Notes: generated from the letters alone by a model not told the origin. A DNA stretch of 64,000 nucleotides from Macrostomum hystrix (GCA_950097015.1 CATNEN010000034.1:3100001-3164000), one strand, 5' to 3'; shown: positions 25,001 to 36,341, numbered from the stretch's first letter. A program made the numbers and translations.

Positions 25001-28000
25001 TCTAGATGACTAGGTGTCTAGATGACCAGGTGTCTAGATGACCAGGTGTCTAGATGACCAGGTGTCTAGATGACCCGGGTCTAGATGACCAGGTGTCTAG
25101 ATGACCCGGGTCTAGATGACCAGGTGTCTAGATGACGCGGGTCTAGATGACCAGGTATCTAGATAACAAATAAAATAATTTTTTAAATATATCGTGTTGA
25201 CTATCATATTTATAAATAGCTAACGAGCTATTAAGAACATTTTAATTAGCTCGTAGAAATTAAAGTATTCTTTTATGATGGTTTTATATTAGATTTTCTC
25301 CAATTTCATAAATAAATCAGTGAAAGCCTATTTTGAAATTGTTTACTTTGGTTGCCATGACGAGATGGAGACCTACTTGAGATCAGTTTTTGTTCACCTG
25401 CCAGACAGGAAAATTTAACTGCTAAATTATTTAAAGCAGAATCTGACGAAAAATTCTCTGATATTCAATTCCCCCACCATTTGTTCATGAATTATTAAAT
25501 TTTCCAAGCCTTCTATGTCCCACAATTACCTTTATTAGCTATTTTGAAAGATAGAAGATAGAACAAATATTTAACAGAATAATTAAATCCGAGCAACAGA
25601 AAAATACTAAACTTGTCGTACTAGTACACTAGTCTAGTATGTTTTATATCTTCTGAAGTCACACTTCTTCTCTATACCTACTATGAAGCATATCTGAGTG
25701 TTATCTAGGATCTACTCTAGAGCTGAGTCTAGGATCTACTCTAGATCTGAGTCTAGGATCTACTCTAGATCTGAGTCTAGGATCTACTCTAGATCTGAGT
25801 CTAGGATCTACTCTAGATCTGAGTCTAGGATCTACTCTAGATCTGAGTCTAGGATCTACTCTAGATCTGAGTCTAGGATCTACTCTAGAGCTGAGTCTAG
25901 GATCTACTCTAGATCTGAGTCTAGGATCTACTCTAGATCTGAGTCTAGGATCTACTCTAGATCTGAGTCTAGGATCTACTCTAGATCTGAGTCTAGGATC
26001 TACTCTAGATCTGAGTCTAGGATCTACTCTAGATCTGAGTCTAGGATCTACTCTAGAGCTGAGTCTAGGATCTACTCTAGATCTGAGTCTAGGATCTACT
26101 CTAGATCTGAGTCTAGGATCTACTCTAGATCTGAATCTAGGATCGTATTTCATTGCCTGCTTTCTATACTCCCACAGCGCGCAGGCAAGGTGCTTGACAA
26201 GCTGAACATCAAGCGCGACAAGATCGTCGATATTCAGAAGGCCATGCAATCGGCCGATATCAACAATGACAGGCAGTTGGACTTTGAGGAGTGGCGCGCC
26301 GAGCTCAAGATGTGAGTCCCGTGTTGTGCTGACCTTGAATTTATGGTTAGTGTGCTAGGCTAGGCATCGTAGGCATTCATATCTGCTGTGGTAGGTAGCG
26401 TAGGCATTCATATCTACTGTGGTAGGTAGCGTAGGCATTCATATCTGCTGTGGTAGGTAGCGTAGGCATTCATATCTGCTGTGGTAGGTAGCGTAGGCAT
26501 TCATATCTGCTGTGGTAGGTACCGTAGGCATTCATATCTGCTGTGGTAGGTACCGTAGGCATTCATATCTGCTGTGGTAGGTACCGTAGGCATTCATATC
26601 TGCTGTGGTAGGTAGCGTAGGCATTCATATCTGCTGTGGTAGGTAGCGTAGGCATTCATATCTGCTGTGGTAGGTAGCGTAGACATTCATATCTGCTGTG
26701 GTAGGTAGCGTAGGCATTCATATCTGCTGTGGTAGGTAGCGTAGACATTCATATCTGCTGTGGTAGGTAGCGTAGACATTCATATCTGCTGTGGTAGGTA
26801 GCGTAGACATTCATATCTGCTGTGGTAGGTAGCGTAGACATTCATATCTGCTGTGGTAGGTAGCGTAGGCATTCATATCTGCTGTGGTAGGTCTACCATT
26901 CATTCGAAAAAAACATAATAATAAAATCTCCATAGGCGAGGCTACGCCGACGGCGAAATTGAAGCCATGTTTGCCAAATACGACGTCGACGGCGATCGCG
27001 TACTGGACGAAGAGGAACAGCGGAAGATGACCAGCGAATTGGAGGGCCAGAAGGTACAGTGCTGCTTCCTGGCTTTCTATTATTATAATTATAATACTTA
27101 TAAATGTGCATATTAATTAGTACTAGAATATTTTAGTTCTCAATTCGGTCTACTTCTAGTAGTGTTTAGTAGCAAAGTGTTATGCTCTTATAGAATTTAG
27201 TTAAATATAATAATAACTCGTTTTAGTTATTTGTGTTGGAATATGTATATTAATCGAAAATGAAATCATTTTAATATTCTAACAACATCACAAACTCTAT
27301 TTTTAATAATTTATTCAACAGCGCAACCTGGACGCCAATGCTGTAGGAGGGCTAATATTTTTTGTGTTGTCGTTTTTGGCTTTTGTTGTTAACCATAAGG
27401 GTTTTTACTGTCTTATCTTAAAAATAAACTATTGATATTGGAAATATCGATCTCTTATTGTTATAACCATAGTTCTATTGATGACAGCAGGACTGTCTAT
27501 ATTTATAATTTATGCGAATCTCTTTACCCAATATTTTCTATTCCTTATCCCAATCGTATTTTCTGTATATATAATTAAACTATTGTTAATTATCTCACGG
27601 CTGCTGTTTTCAAGTAAAAACAGGATTTTCTCCTGATATACTCCAGATCTACTCAAGATCTCTCTAGATCTACTCTAGATCTACTCTAGATCTAATCTTG
27701 ATCTACTCTAGATCTACTCTTGATCTAATCTTGATCTACTCTAGATCTACTCTAGATCTAATCTTGATCTACTCTAGATCTACTCTGGATCTACTCTAGA
27801 TCTACTCAAAATCTACTCAAGATCTAATCAAGATCTACTCTAGATCTACTCTTGATCTAATATTGATCTACTCTGGATCTACTCTAGATCTACTTATGAT
27901 CTATTCTACATTTAACGAGAAATAAAAGTCCTGATCTAACAAAGTCTTTCACCCTTCTTCGCGCCAATGGAAAGACCCTGTGGCTAACTCAGTCTCACCC

Positions 28001-28534
28001 ATTCGCACACATTGGCAGGCGGCGCTGAATGATCAAATCCAAACGGAACGCGAGCGACCTTCCACCGCCCGCTCAACTGCCGACCTGGGCGACGACAACC
28101 GGCAGCAGAGCTCTCGACGCGGCGGCAGCGCCGGCACCGGCGGCGGAGCGGGCGTCTCGTCGGAGGAGTTCACGGTGCTGGCCAGGCGGGTGGACCGCAT
28201 GGAGCACAGCATTGGCAGCATCGTGTCGAAGATCGACGCCGTCCTGGTGAAACTCGAAGCCATGGAGAAGGCCAAGCTGCGCCGCCGCGAGACCATGACC
28301 AAACTGCTGGACTCAATCAGCGAGAGCGAGGGCGTCTCGGACGAAATGAAGCGAGAACAGATGGAACAGCTGGTGCGCGAGGAGCTGGAGCGCTGGGAGG
28401 GCGAACCGGTGGATGCCGCCCCCGTATCGGCCCGAGCCGCCACAGCGAGGGGTCGTTCTGCCGGTTCTGCCGGCGGCGCCTCGCGTCCTGGTAGCGCGGC
28501 AGGCGGCGGCAGCGGCAGCGAGACCCGCTACTAG
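19081..28534 (+). CDS. PKD2: Polycystin-2 / TRPP cation channel (exons 19081-19339, 20303-20416 OR 20710-20823, 21886-22016, 22461-22856, 23463-24350, 26178-26311, 26936-27053, 28019-28534; 851 aa with one exon-2 variant)
   Basis: All junctions are GT-AG and in frame (2556 nt total). Motifs: [11 protein letters not shown] domain ([12 protein letters not shown]; WIDRGTR; [12 protein letters not shown]), filter [11 protein letters not shown]6 [13 protein letters not shown], two EF-hand loops and coiled coil [20 protein letters not shown]. Several motifs are closer to PKD2L1, so orthology within the family is unresolved. Confidence 0.96.
19420..20180. repeat. Purine-rich minisatellite, about 23-25-bp unit GAGAAGAGATCAGTGAGAGAGGT (PKD2 intron 1)
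   Basis: Tandem copies read directly. Confidence 0.93.
20303..20416 (+). CDS. PKD2: PKD2 exon 2a (alternative copy, 114 nt)
   Basis: AAG|CC...ATTT|GTAAAC, phase 1/1; encodes [38 protein letters not shown]. Confidence 0.8.
20710..20823 (+). CDS. PKD2: PKD2 exon 2b (alternative copy, 114 nt)
   Basis: GCAG|CA...ATTT|GTAAGA, phase 1/1; encodes [38 protein letters not shown]. Confidence 0.9.
21055..21830. repeat. Minisatellite, about 27-bp unit CCCTAACCGAAATCCCAAGATCCCCA(C) (PKD2 intron after exon 2b)
   Basis: Tandem copies, most containing one CCCTAA hexamer. Confidence 0.93.
22110..22440. repeat. Minisatellite, 53-bp unit (PKD2 intron 3)
   Basis: About 6 copies of CCTCAATCCTTATTCCATTCTCCCAATTATCCCACTTGTGCAGTCTCTACTCA, ending about 20 bp before the acceptor. 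Confidence 0.9.
22984..23355. repeat. Minisatellite, 42-bp unit GCAACCAAGACAGGCACAATAGCAACTATAGCAGACCCCATA (PKD2 intron 4)
   Basis: About 9 copies; contains eight CCATAGCAAC motifs. Confidence 0.93.
24410..25160. repeat. Minisatellite, 16-bp unit GACCAGGTGTCTAGAT (PKD2 intron 5)
   Basis: Tandem copies with 15- and 18-bp variants. Confidence 0.95.
25700..26140. repeat. Minisatellite, 24-bp unit CTAGATCTGAGTCTAGGATCTACT (PKD2 intron 5)
   Basis: About 18 copies; accounts for the SRIYSRSE repetitive ORF. Confidence 0.95.
26360..26893. repeat. Minisatellite, 31-bp unit GTAGGCATTCATATCTGCTGTGGTAGGTAGC (PKD2 intron 6)
   Basis: About 17 copies read directly. Confidence 0.95.
27640..27905. repeat. 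Short near-palindromic repeat, 11-bp unit CTAGATCTACT (PKD2 intron 7)
   Basis: Degenerate tandem copies rich in AGATCT and TCTAGA. Confidence 0.85.
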
Positions 28535-30174
28535 CCTAAGCTAGCCAATCGCCGACTTGCTAATCTGTGAAACAAGCAGAAATGTTATTTTAGCTTCAGC
28601 ATATATCAATTGACAAATCGCCAAATGAAATTATTGTTATTTTTTAAATAATAATGAGACAGACAAATTCGAACCTTGGATCTCTCAGTTCCGCAACCTT
28701 CTCATCCGTCCCGTTTGCGTTTCTTTAACAGGCTCTGGTTTGTTTTTTTGTGTGTCTGTATGCTTAGATTCGTATCAACTGTACTTTAAGAAGACATTTT
28801 TCCTAGTTCAGTTCGGATACAATGGTTTGTTTTGAAGAGATGCCTAAAAGTGCAAATTTTAAAGATCTATTTTATATTATTTGTTATTTTAAATGTGCCT
28901 TCGATTGACAAGCCAGCAGCTGCCATGGCGGCTATTAATGAAATCTCTACCAATATATATTTTAATATTTAATGTTATATTGAGAAATATTTGACAAGCA
29001 AATACAGATGATCACACTATTGTTGTGGCCGCCAGCCCAATGAGCCAGCTCTATTACCCCACACTATATTTCCCTCTTTTGGCAATCCAGAACTACATGT
29101 GCCGATTTGCTTTGCTTTTCATTTCATTGTTCATTCAGTCCGTGGACTGGGGAGGCCGTCCGACGTCAACATCGTCGAGATATTCAGTGATTATTGTCGA
29201 AGACCCTGGCGACAAGGACAGCTAACGTTGTTTTGTATAGACCTCTGGCGAATCCATATTGGTTCAATAACCTGAGTTAATCTTGTTGTGCTGAGGCAGC
29301 GTGGCCAAATGAAAAACGGAGCAGTAATATAATTGAGGTGAAAAGAAACGCGCGCACCATTATATATTTAGACTGTCAAGGCTGTCACGTCAACAACCAA
29401 CCCCACCCCGGCTTAGACCGGTCTGGGGCAGACGGTAAACCCCCCAGCCAATCACAACGCGCGCCACGTGCGCTAGCACTCTAGGCGGCATGCAACCCGC
29501 ATACGCACAAAATTCTTAAAAAAGAAAGCTTTGAGCATTTGAAATACCCCCCGGGTCCTTCTACTGTCAAACCTTGTACTGCCTGTCAGGCTTCTACTGG
29601 CTAGCCACCTCGTGAACAGTCTGGTGCACAGCACACTCGTGCAGCATGCTCGTTTTGCTGTTATATTGGTTCGTCTCTCTGCGGTTTTCGAAGTTCTTGC
29701 TAGAAGGAAAACAATTTGCGTCCTTAACTCCAAGAACGCTGCTATGCCGTCAATTGGCGTCAATAGGCTCAGAACGTGCCTTTCCAATTCCAATGTGTAT
29801 TGGCTCAAATACAAGTATAAGCAACTTACAAACATGCTAATAAGATAAGCAAACTTGTCGGGACGTACATTGGGGTAGAGAATGAAAGGAGAGAGGGTGG
29901 CTCGCCAGCCAATAGCAACAGAGGGGGAGAGAGACGGGTTACCTAATTAAATTTTTTAGCTTTCTAGCAACGCTCGTATCGCACTACTTATTAGTTGAAT
30001 TAAGTAAGCAAGATAGTACATTAAAGTTGTTTTATTTCAAGTACTCTTAGCATAGCGTTTCTTCTACCATTGTTGTATTTAGAAAAATGTACAATTAGCG
30101 CCAGTGGAAGCCTTTCATAGCATATTGATGCAGGCAGTTGCCTTCAGTCTATTTCGTTAAACGTTTGTATACAT

Positions 30175-30873
30175 TTAGAATCGCCGCGACAGCCACTGCA
30201 TCAGCGTCTCCTGCCTCTCGCGACGACTATTTCCGCGTCGTCCGCCGGCGGCGCCATCGATGCGCGCGCCCAGGCTGCGGCAGTGCCGCTTGAATTCGCG
30301 CTTGTTGCCAACGAACTCCGGGCAGGTGTTGACAGTCTCGCATTGGGCAGACTCGGCCGGCTCCTGCGGGCAGCGGCAGTTGTTGCAGCCGTCGAAGAAG
30401 GTCGCGCCCCGCTGCTGGCGGCACAGCTTGCGCTCCTTGAAGCACTTGATTGGCCAGCGTTGGCCGCCTGCTGCTGGCGCGATGGCGCCTCCGGCTGCAG
30501 CCGCAGCCGCGGCCCGCTGGTTCTCCATGCGCCACCTGTAGCGCAGCATCTTCTTCTGCACCTTGCGGGCCAGCTTGGCGCAGTAGCGGGCCGCTTTGCG
30601 CTTCTGCCTCGGCTCCTGCAGCTCCTCCTCGCGCGGGCAGGACTTGATTGTGCAGGTCAACTTGTCCGCCTGAGAGCCGCAGGTGCACAGATTGCAGCCG
30701 TCCGACACCTTGAAGCCAATCAGAGCCGCGTCACCTGTGCAAACCTCCTGCGGCTTGACCTGGGCGCATGTGACATCCATGCTGCGGCCTCGGCCGCCGC
30801 GGCCAAAGCGTCGGCCGCTGACGATGGCGGCCGTGGAGAAGGCCAGGAACAGTAGTAGTACGACACGCATCAT
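30175..30873 (-). CDS. Secreted cysteine-rich protein with two pacifastin-like domains (intronless, 232 aa)
   Basis: Signal peptide MMRVVLLLFLAFSTAAIVSG; C-x14-CNLCTC-x8-CTIKSC and C-x11-CNNCRC-x9-CETVNTC; many dibasic sites; GC-rich coding-like sequence. Confidence 0.8.
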   Translation of the reverse strand: MMRVVLLLFLAFSTAAIVSGRRFGRGGRGRSMDVTCAQVKPQEVCTGDAALIGFKVSDGCNLCTCGSQADKLTCTIKSCPREEELQEPRQKRKAARYCAKLARKVQKKMLRYRWRMENQRAAAAAAAGGAIAPAAGGQRWPIKCFKERKLCRQQRGATFFDGCNNCRCPQEPAESAQCETVNTCPEFVGNKREFKRHCRSLGARIDGAAGGRRGNSRRERQETLMQWLSRRF

Positions 30874-30944
30874 AATTGCTTCTGTCCCTACGGGTCTAGT
30901 AAAGAAAGCCTTTTACCTTGCCTTCCAACAGGTTAGATAGCTGG

Positions 30945-30952
30945 CATTTATA
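30945..30952 (-). promoter_or_regulatory. Candidate TATA box (TATAAATG) of the pacifastin-like gene
   Basis: Motif lies about 72 bp upstream of the ATG at 30873; supported by position only. Confidence 0.35.
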
Positions 30953-31829
30953 CACACGAAGCCTGTGGCACAGATTTACTCCCTGGATTCTCGCTTATCT
31001 TATCGCAGGATGTCTCTAGCTTCGTTAGTTTAGTTTCTGTTCTGATGCCACGAAATTTCCGGTCAGAGACTAGCCTAACAGAGTTTGACTGCGTGCCACT
31101 GGGACACGGCAGGTCTTTGCCTTCTGATAACAAGCTTCGGGTTTGCTGCTTCGAAAAATCTGCCCACTTTGGCACCTTAAGTTTGGCTGCCTCAGTGGAA
31201 GCAGGTTTAAAATTACTTGCAATCTGCAAATTTGGTATTATTCACACTTGGTCACATGCTTCTATGGGAAATCCTGCATGTACTGGTTGCCCTTTGTAGA
31301 GCTGCAAGTACTCGTACTTGGTCAAATAAGGACTGCATTTCATTATAAAAAATATTTTTTATATTTCATATCTAATTATCAACCATCACGATAGTACTTA
31401 TTTCTTTCTCTATCTAATGAAATCAACAAGAGTAATCCTTATCTATTTTATTCCAAATGTGCAACCAGTTCAGACCAGTTAAGTTCATTGTGAAGAGCCA
31501 TATTTAGCCCAATCATGAGCCTAATTTTAAACTGTTTGACAAACTCGCGAGCTCATGCTGACCTCTGTTGACTCCCTATTTAGACTTTAATTAACTAATT
31601 GTTCCACTTTATAGCTTCAATAAATAGTCTAGCTATTATTGGTATAGCAATAAGACTAAAAATGGCTTTCTCGCTACAACTCTAGCTGAGGACCTTGCTG
31701 GTGTTGTGAGCTGCGTCTCACAATGCCCTTGCCCCGACCCCTGCGTTCTCTAACCCTTCCACCCTGCTCAATCCAGTTCTACCCGGCCCCGTCTTAGCCC
31801 ACCCTCCTTTATCGTTGTTTTTCACTCGC

Positions 31830-31915
31830 CCATTGGCTGCCCCCTGCGCCGTCTTCGCTTTGGGGGCTAGCCCAATCAGGTCTCTCGCCAAGGAGACTTC
31901 TGATTGGCTAGCCTT
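31830..31915. promoter_or_regulatory. Cluster of three CCAAT boxes in a GC-rich island
   Basis: CCCATTGGCT, GCCCAATCAG and CTGATTGGCTA within about 90 bp; target transcript not identified. Confidence 0.3.
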
Positions 31916-32734
31916 CCTCCTTTGCTCTCTCTCTGTCTCGGCTCTCGACCCTGTGAGTTTTCCCCCCCACCCCCAGCCCTGCGTGGCTTAGCCTCCCCCA
32001 GCCCTGCGTGGCTTAACCCCACCCCCAGCCCTGCGTGGCTTAGCCTCCCCCAAACTTGCGTGGCTTAACCCCACCCCCAGCCCTGCGTGGCTCCGCTCTG
32101 CCCCGTCCAGCCATATGCTCTCGCCCCCACCCGACGCTGTTATTTATTCGCGCGCGCTACCCGTGGCCAGCTCTCCCGCGCCGCTCCGCCCGAGTACTAC
32201 CTTGAGAACCCTGTCTTGAGTTAGAGCAATAACTTAAATAGGAGGTTAGGCGCGAACGGTTGTTATAGAATAAACTACGCAGCCTGAGACACTTCGATTG
32301 TTTTGAGTGCAGCGTTCGATCCCTCCCTGTTAGAAAAGCTTTAACGAGTTATTTATTTGTCCGTGCTCCAAACTTTTTCATCTGCCCGACATCTGCTACT
32401 TCCAAAGATCATCATCATCATCTTTCTCCTCCAGAGTCTTCTCTCAAGTCTGCGAAGCGTCGGTACGCCTCCAGACCGTCATCCACCTCTCTCTGGGGCT
32501 GTCGAGTGGCTACCTGCTCGCAGTCAAATCACTCGCGCATCCTTCTGTGCCGGGCTTAGCGAGTGTCTTTACGCTCCAAGCCCATTCCGTTTCCGCTCGG
32601 AGTGTCTAAACGCCTCGAGGGTCGCCGCTTCCCATCCCTCATCCCCGGCAAGCTTTTGGCAGTCTGTAGCCGAACCCCGACTAGCACGCCTGCGAACCGC
32701 CGACGGTAGCGGCAACTAAAACATTGGTAGCAAC

Positions 32735-33350
32735 ATTCTACAACACTACGATTCTAGCTGAGAATCTTGCTACCATTCTAGCTGAGCATCTTGCTACCAT
32801 TCTAGCTAAGGATCTTGCTACGATTCTAGCTGAGGATCTTGCTACGATTCTAGCTGAGGATCTTGCTACGATTCTAGCTGAGGATCTTGCTACAACTCTA
32901 GCTGAGGATCTTGCTACGATTAGAACTAACTACGGATCTTGCTACGATTCTAGCCGAGGATCTTGCTACAACTCTAGCCGAGGGTCTTGCTACGATTAGA
33001 ACTAACTACGGATCTTGCTACGATTCTAGCTGAGAATCTTGCTACGATTCTAGCCGAGGATCTTGCTACAACTCTAGCCGAGGGTCTTGCTACGATTAGA
33101 ACTAACTACGGATCTTGCTACGATTCTAGCTGAGAATCTTGCTACGATTCTAGCCGAGGATCTTGCTACAACTCTAGCCGAGGGTCTTGCTACGATTAGA
33201 ACTAACTACGGATCTTGCTACGATTCTAGCCGAGGATCTTGCTACAACTCTAGCCGAGGGTCTTGCTACGATTAGAACTAACTACGGATCTTGCTACGAT
33301 TCTAGCCGAGGATCTTGCTACGATTCTAGCCGAGGATCTTGCTATGATTC
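32735..33350. repeat. Minisatellite, 24-bp unit GATCTTGCTACGATTCTAGCTGAG with higher-order blocks
   Basis: Tandem copies interspersed with a GATTAGAACTAACTACG variant. Confidence 0.93.
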
Positions 33351-33749
33351 TAAAGCTATGGCGTCAGTTGAGCTTTAGAAATTTAATGATATGGCACTTT
33401 TTAACACGAGTAGAGAATAGTGGCTTAAGATATTTTGTCAACTATGCAAGCTGCAATGTTAAAACTTGTGGATTTATTTTAAAAATGGAATCCTACCTTA
33501 ATTCTCTGCTCCTTGCATACTTTTTTATAATGAAAGCTAAAAGCAGAACAGAATTAGCGTGGTCGTTTTCAACATTAAAAGTACATTATTAATACCTTGT
33601 AGGGGGAGTAGATTATGAAGAAATTTAGGAAGAACTCATTTTGGGATCTATCGGCCGGGCGGGATCGTGATGGAAATTGGAGACCAAGGTTCGCCTCGCA
33701 TTAGAGAGCATAGGCTATAGCTGTTGGCGGGGTAAGAAAAGTCCTGTGC

Positions 33750-33763
33750 GTTGCCATGGTAAC
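33750..33763. promoter_or_regulatory. RFX X-box motif GTTGCCATGGTAAC
   Basis: Full match to GTHNYYATRRNAAC on both strands; about 1.1 kb upstream of the QVR-like Ly6 ATG. Confidence 0.45.
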
Positions 33764-34033
33764 CATTGATTTATTTGCGCCTAGTAGGGACACAGATGTC
33801 GAAGGACAGGGGGTCGGCGTTTCGGGTGAGCATTTCTATATCGAAGCTTTTTATCCCTCGAAAGGATGTTTAATTACCAGACCTGACCAAAGGAAGACAG
33901 TATAGTAATTGTATTTTTTGCAAGTGTGAAATTTTTACCGGAGCATTTATTATCGCGAAAAATCAATCCCTTTGTTAGCTTTTCGGGTCGTACTTTTTGT
34001 GTCAGTCGGGGCTTCGCCCCCACTCCAAGAACT

Positions 34034-34345
34034 GGGGGTGGATGGGGCGAACCCCAAAGTCAAGGGTGTATGGGCGAACCCCTTAATTCGGGGTTTGAAG
34101 ACGAAGCCTTCAATTCAAGGTGTGGGGGTTAAAAAGCCCTCGATTCAAGGCGTTGGGCGAGCCCCTAAATTCACGGCGTGGGAGTGAAGCCGTGACTTGA
34201 GGGTGTGGGGGGGTGCCCCCAGAATCGAGGGGTTTACCCATACACCCTTGACTTTGGGGGTTCGCCCCACCACCCCAGAATCGAGGGGTTTACCCATACA
34301 CCCTGAATTTATGGGTTCGCCCCACCACCCCTGAATTGAGGGGTT
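34034..34345. repeat. Foldback-like cluster of inverted and direct repeats
   Basis: Arm at about 34034-34093 (TGGGGCGAACCCCAAAGTCAAGGGTGTATGGG) is the reverse complement of about 34217-34276, followed by a second diverged copy to about 34345. Confidence 0.65.
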
Positions 34346-34895
34346 CGTGACAAAAAATGTCTGTGGCAATTATACCGCCGTCTATTGCCCGTACGATTTG
34401 TATATCTGGGTAAGGATTAGAATAAAAAAACTGCTTATGAGATAAAGAAAGGAGTTGTTCGATATAGAAAATGCTTACTCCATCACCCGAGACAGGGATG
34501 GACATATAGAAAGCCATTCGACCAAGCAGCTCCCGGCCTCTGTCCCCAAATCTCCCAACACGTTTTTTCCCACCCTTCCTAACTTGGGGAAGAAAATGGG
34601 AAGGGAATTGCGTATGCACTGTGAGAGCGAGGAGGGGAAGAAAATGCCTCACATCTCCGCTGCTGTACATTTACTCGCTTCACTTGAACTGCCTAGCCCG
34701 TTAGATTTGCCCTGATCCCTTGCAATCCTCACCAGACAGACATCCCGACACAATCTCTCTCCGTCTCCTGCCCTCTTCCCCTTTTTATAGCAAACACTCC
34801 GAACTCCCCAGTCGGTTGGCAGATCCCCCACACGGATTATCTACCTAGCCCGGGCTCTGACATTGTGTCCAGGACCAACCGAAGCCACAGACAAG

Positions 34896-36295
34896 ATGCC
34901 AGCCACGCTGTCTGAGCTGACACTTCTGGTCCTCTGCTTCTTGGCTCTCTGTGTCTTTTACAGCCGTGCTCAGGGTAAGAACAAAGATCCCTACTTCAAG
35001 ACCCTATATCCACAATCTAATTTAACCTCTAATTCACAATCCCTCACTCACAATCCTCATTTAAAACCCCCTATTCAGAATCCCTCATTCACAGAACCTT
35101 ATTCAGAATCCCTCATTCACAAACCCTGATTCAGAATCACACACTCACTCAGAATCCTTGATCATTCAGAATCATTCACAACCATCATTCACAACCCTCA
35201 TTCACAACCCTCATTCACAACCCTCATTCACAACCCCCATTCACAACCCCCATTCACAACCCTGATTCACAACCCTCATTACAGCTCTCATTCACAACCC
35301 TGATTCACAACCCTGATTCACAACCCTCATTTACAACTCTCATTCACAATCCCCATTCACAACCCTGATTCACAACCCTCATTTACAACTCTCATTCACA
35401 ATCCCTATTCACAACCCTGATTCACAACCCTCATTCACAACTCTCATTCACAACCATCATTCACAACCCTCATTCACAACTCTCATTCACAACCATCATT
35501 CACAACCCTCATTCACAACCCTCATTCACGATCCCCATTTACAACCCTCATCCACAAACCCCATTCACAACCCTCATTTACAACTCTCATTCACAATCCC
35601 CATTCACAACCCTGATTCACAACCCTCATTCACAATCCCTATTCACAACTCTCATTCACACCCCTCATTCACAATCCCCATTCACAACCCTCGTTCACTA
35701 CCGTTGTTCACTACCGTCATTCACTAGCTTCATTCACAATCCCCATTCACAACCCTCATTCACAACCCCCATTCACAACCCTCGTTCACTACCGTTATTC
35801 ACTACAGTCATTCACAATCCCCATTCACAACCCCGATCGCCGCCAGTGTACTCATCTGACTCGGGCGGTGGCATCAGCTGCTACGTCTGCAGCTCCATCA
35901 ACGGGTCCAACCCGGCCTGTCACGATCCGTTCGACGCGTCCCTGGTCGGCCTGACGACCCCCTGCAGCCAGGGCCGGCGCGACCAGAACGGACTGTTCCC
36001 GGCTCGCTTCTGCTACAAGCTGAAGGGCGTCAGGCGATCGGACGGTCAAGCCGTTCTCGTGCGTCGCTGCAGCGTCGATCCCCTAATCAACAGTGTAACC
36101 AAGAGCCACTGCGGGAATTTCAAGATTGCAACGGGCTCCAATTATCAATACTTTGACGGCTGCGTGTCCATGTGCCGCTTTGATGGCTGCAACGGAGGCT
36201 ACCGGACTGCCAACACCGCGTCTCCACTGCTGCTGCTGCTGATGCTGCTGATGCTGATAATGTTGATGATGATGTCACTTGGACCGCTGTCATAG
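34896..36295 (+). CDS. GPI-anchored Ly6/uPAR (three-finger) protein, QVR/sleepless-like (exons 34896-34974, 35847-36295; 175 aa)
   Basis: Signal exon MPATLSELTLLVLCFLALCVFYSRAQ ending G|GTAAGA and phase-1 acceptor CCAG|TG. Domain CYVCSS...CHDPF...C...FCYK...RRC...C...CVSMCRFDGCN (10 Cys) with a hydrophobic C-terminal tail. Confidence 0.88.
35140..35835. repeat. Minisatellite, 13-bp unit ATTCACAACCCTC (Ly6 intron)
   Basis: Degenerate tandem copies ending about 10 bp before the acceptor at 35846. Confidence 0.92.
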
Positions 36296-36341
36296 CCTAG
36301 TCAATCTGCGCTTGATCATAGCAACACTGCGCTAGTGTCTG

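Noticed and set aside
29473-29848. ORFs with hAT-like words (FLELRTQIVFL, TRWLAS)
   Set aside because: The motifs are in the wrong order relative to hAT transposases, and no TIRs were found.
32328-32723. Possible solo LTR (TGT...ACA, AATAAA on the minus strand, adjacent TGGTAG)
   Set aside because: No matching target-site duplication (CTCCC versus TTGGT), no second LTR or internal genes, and conflicting orientation cues.
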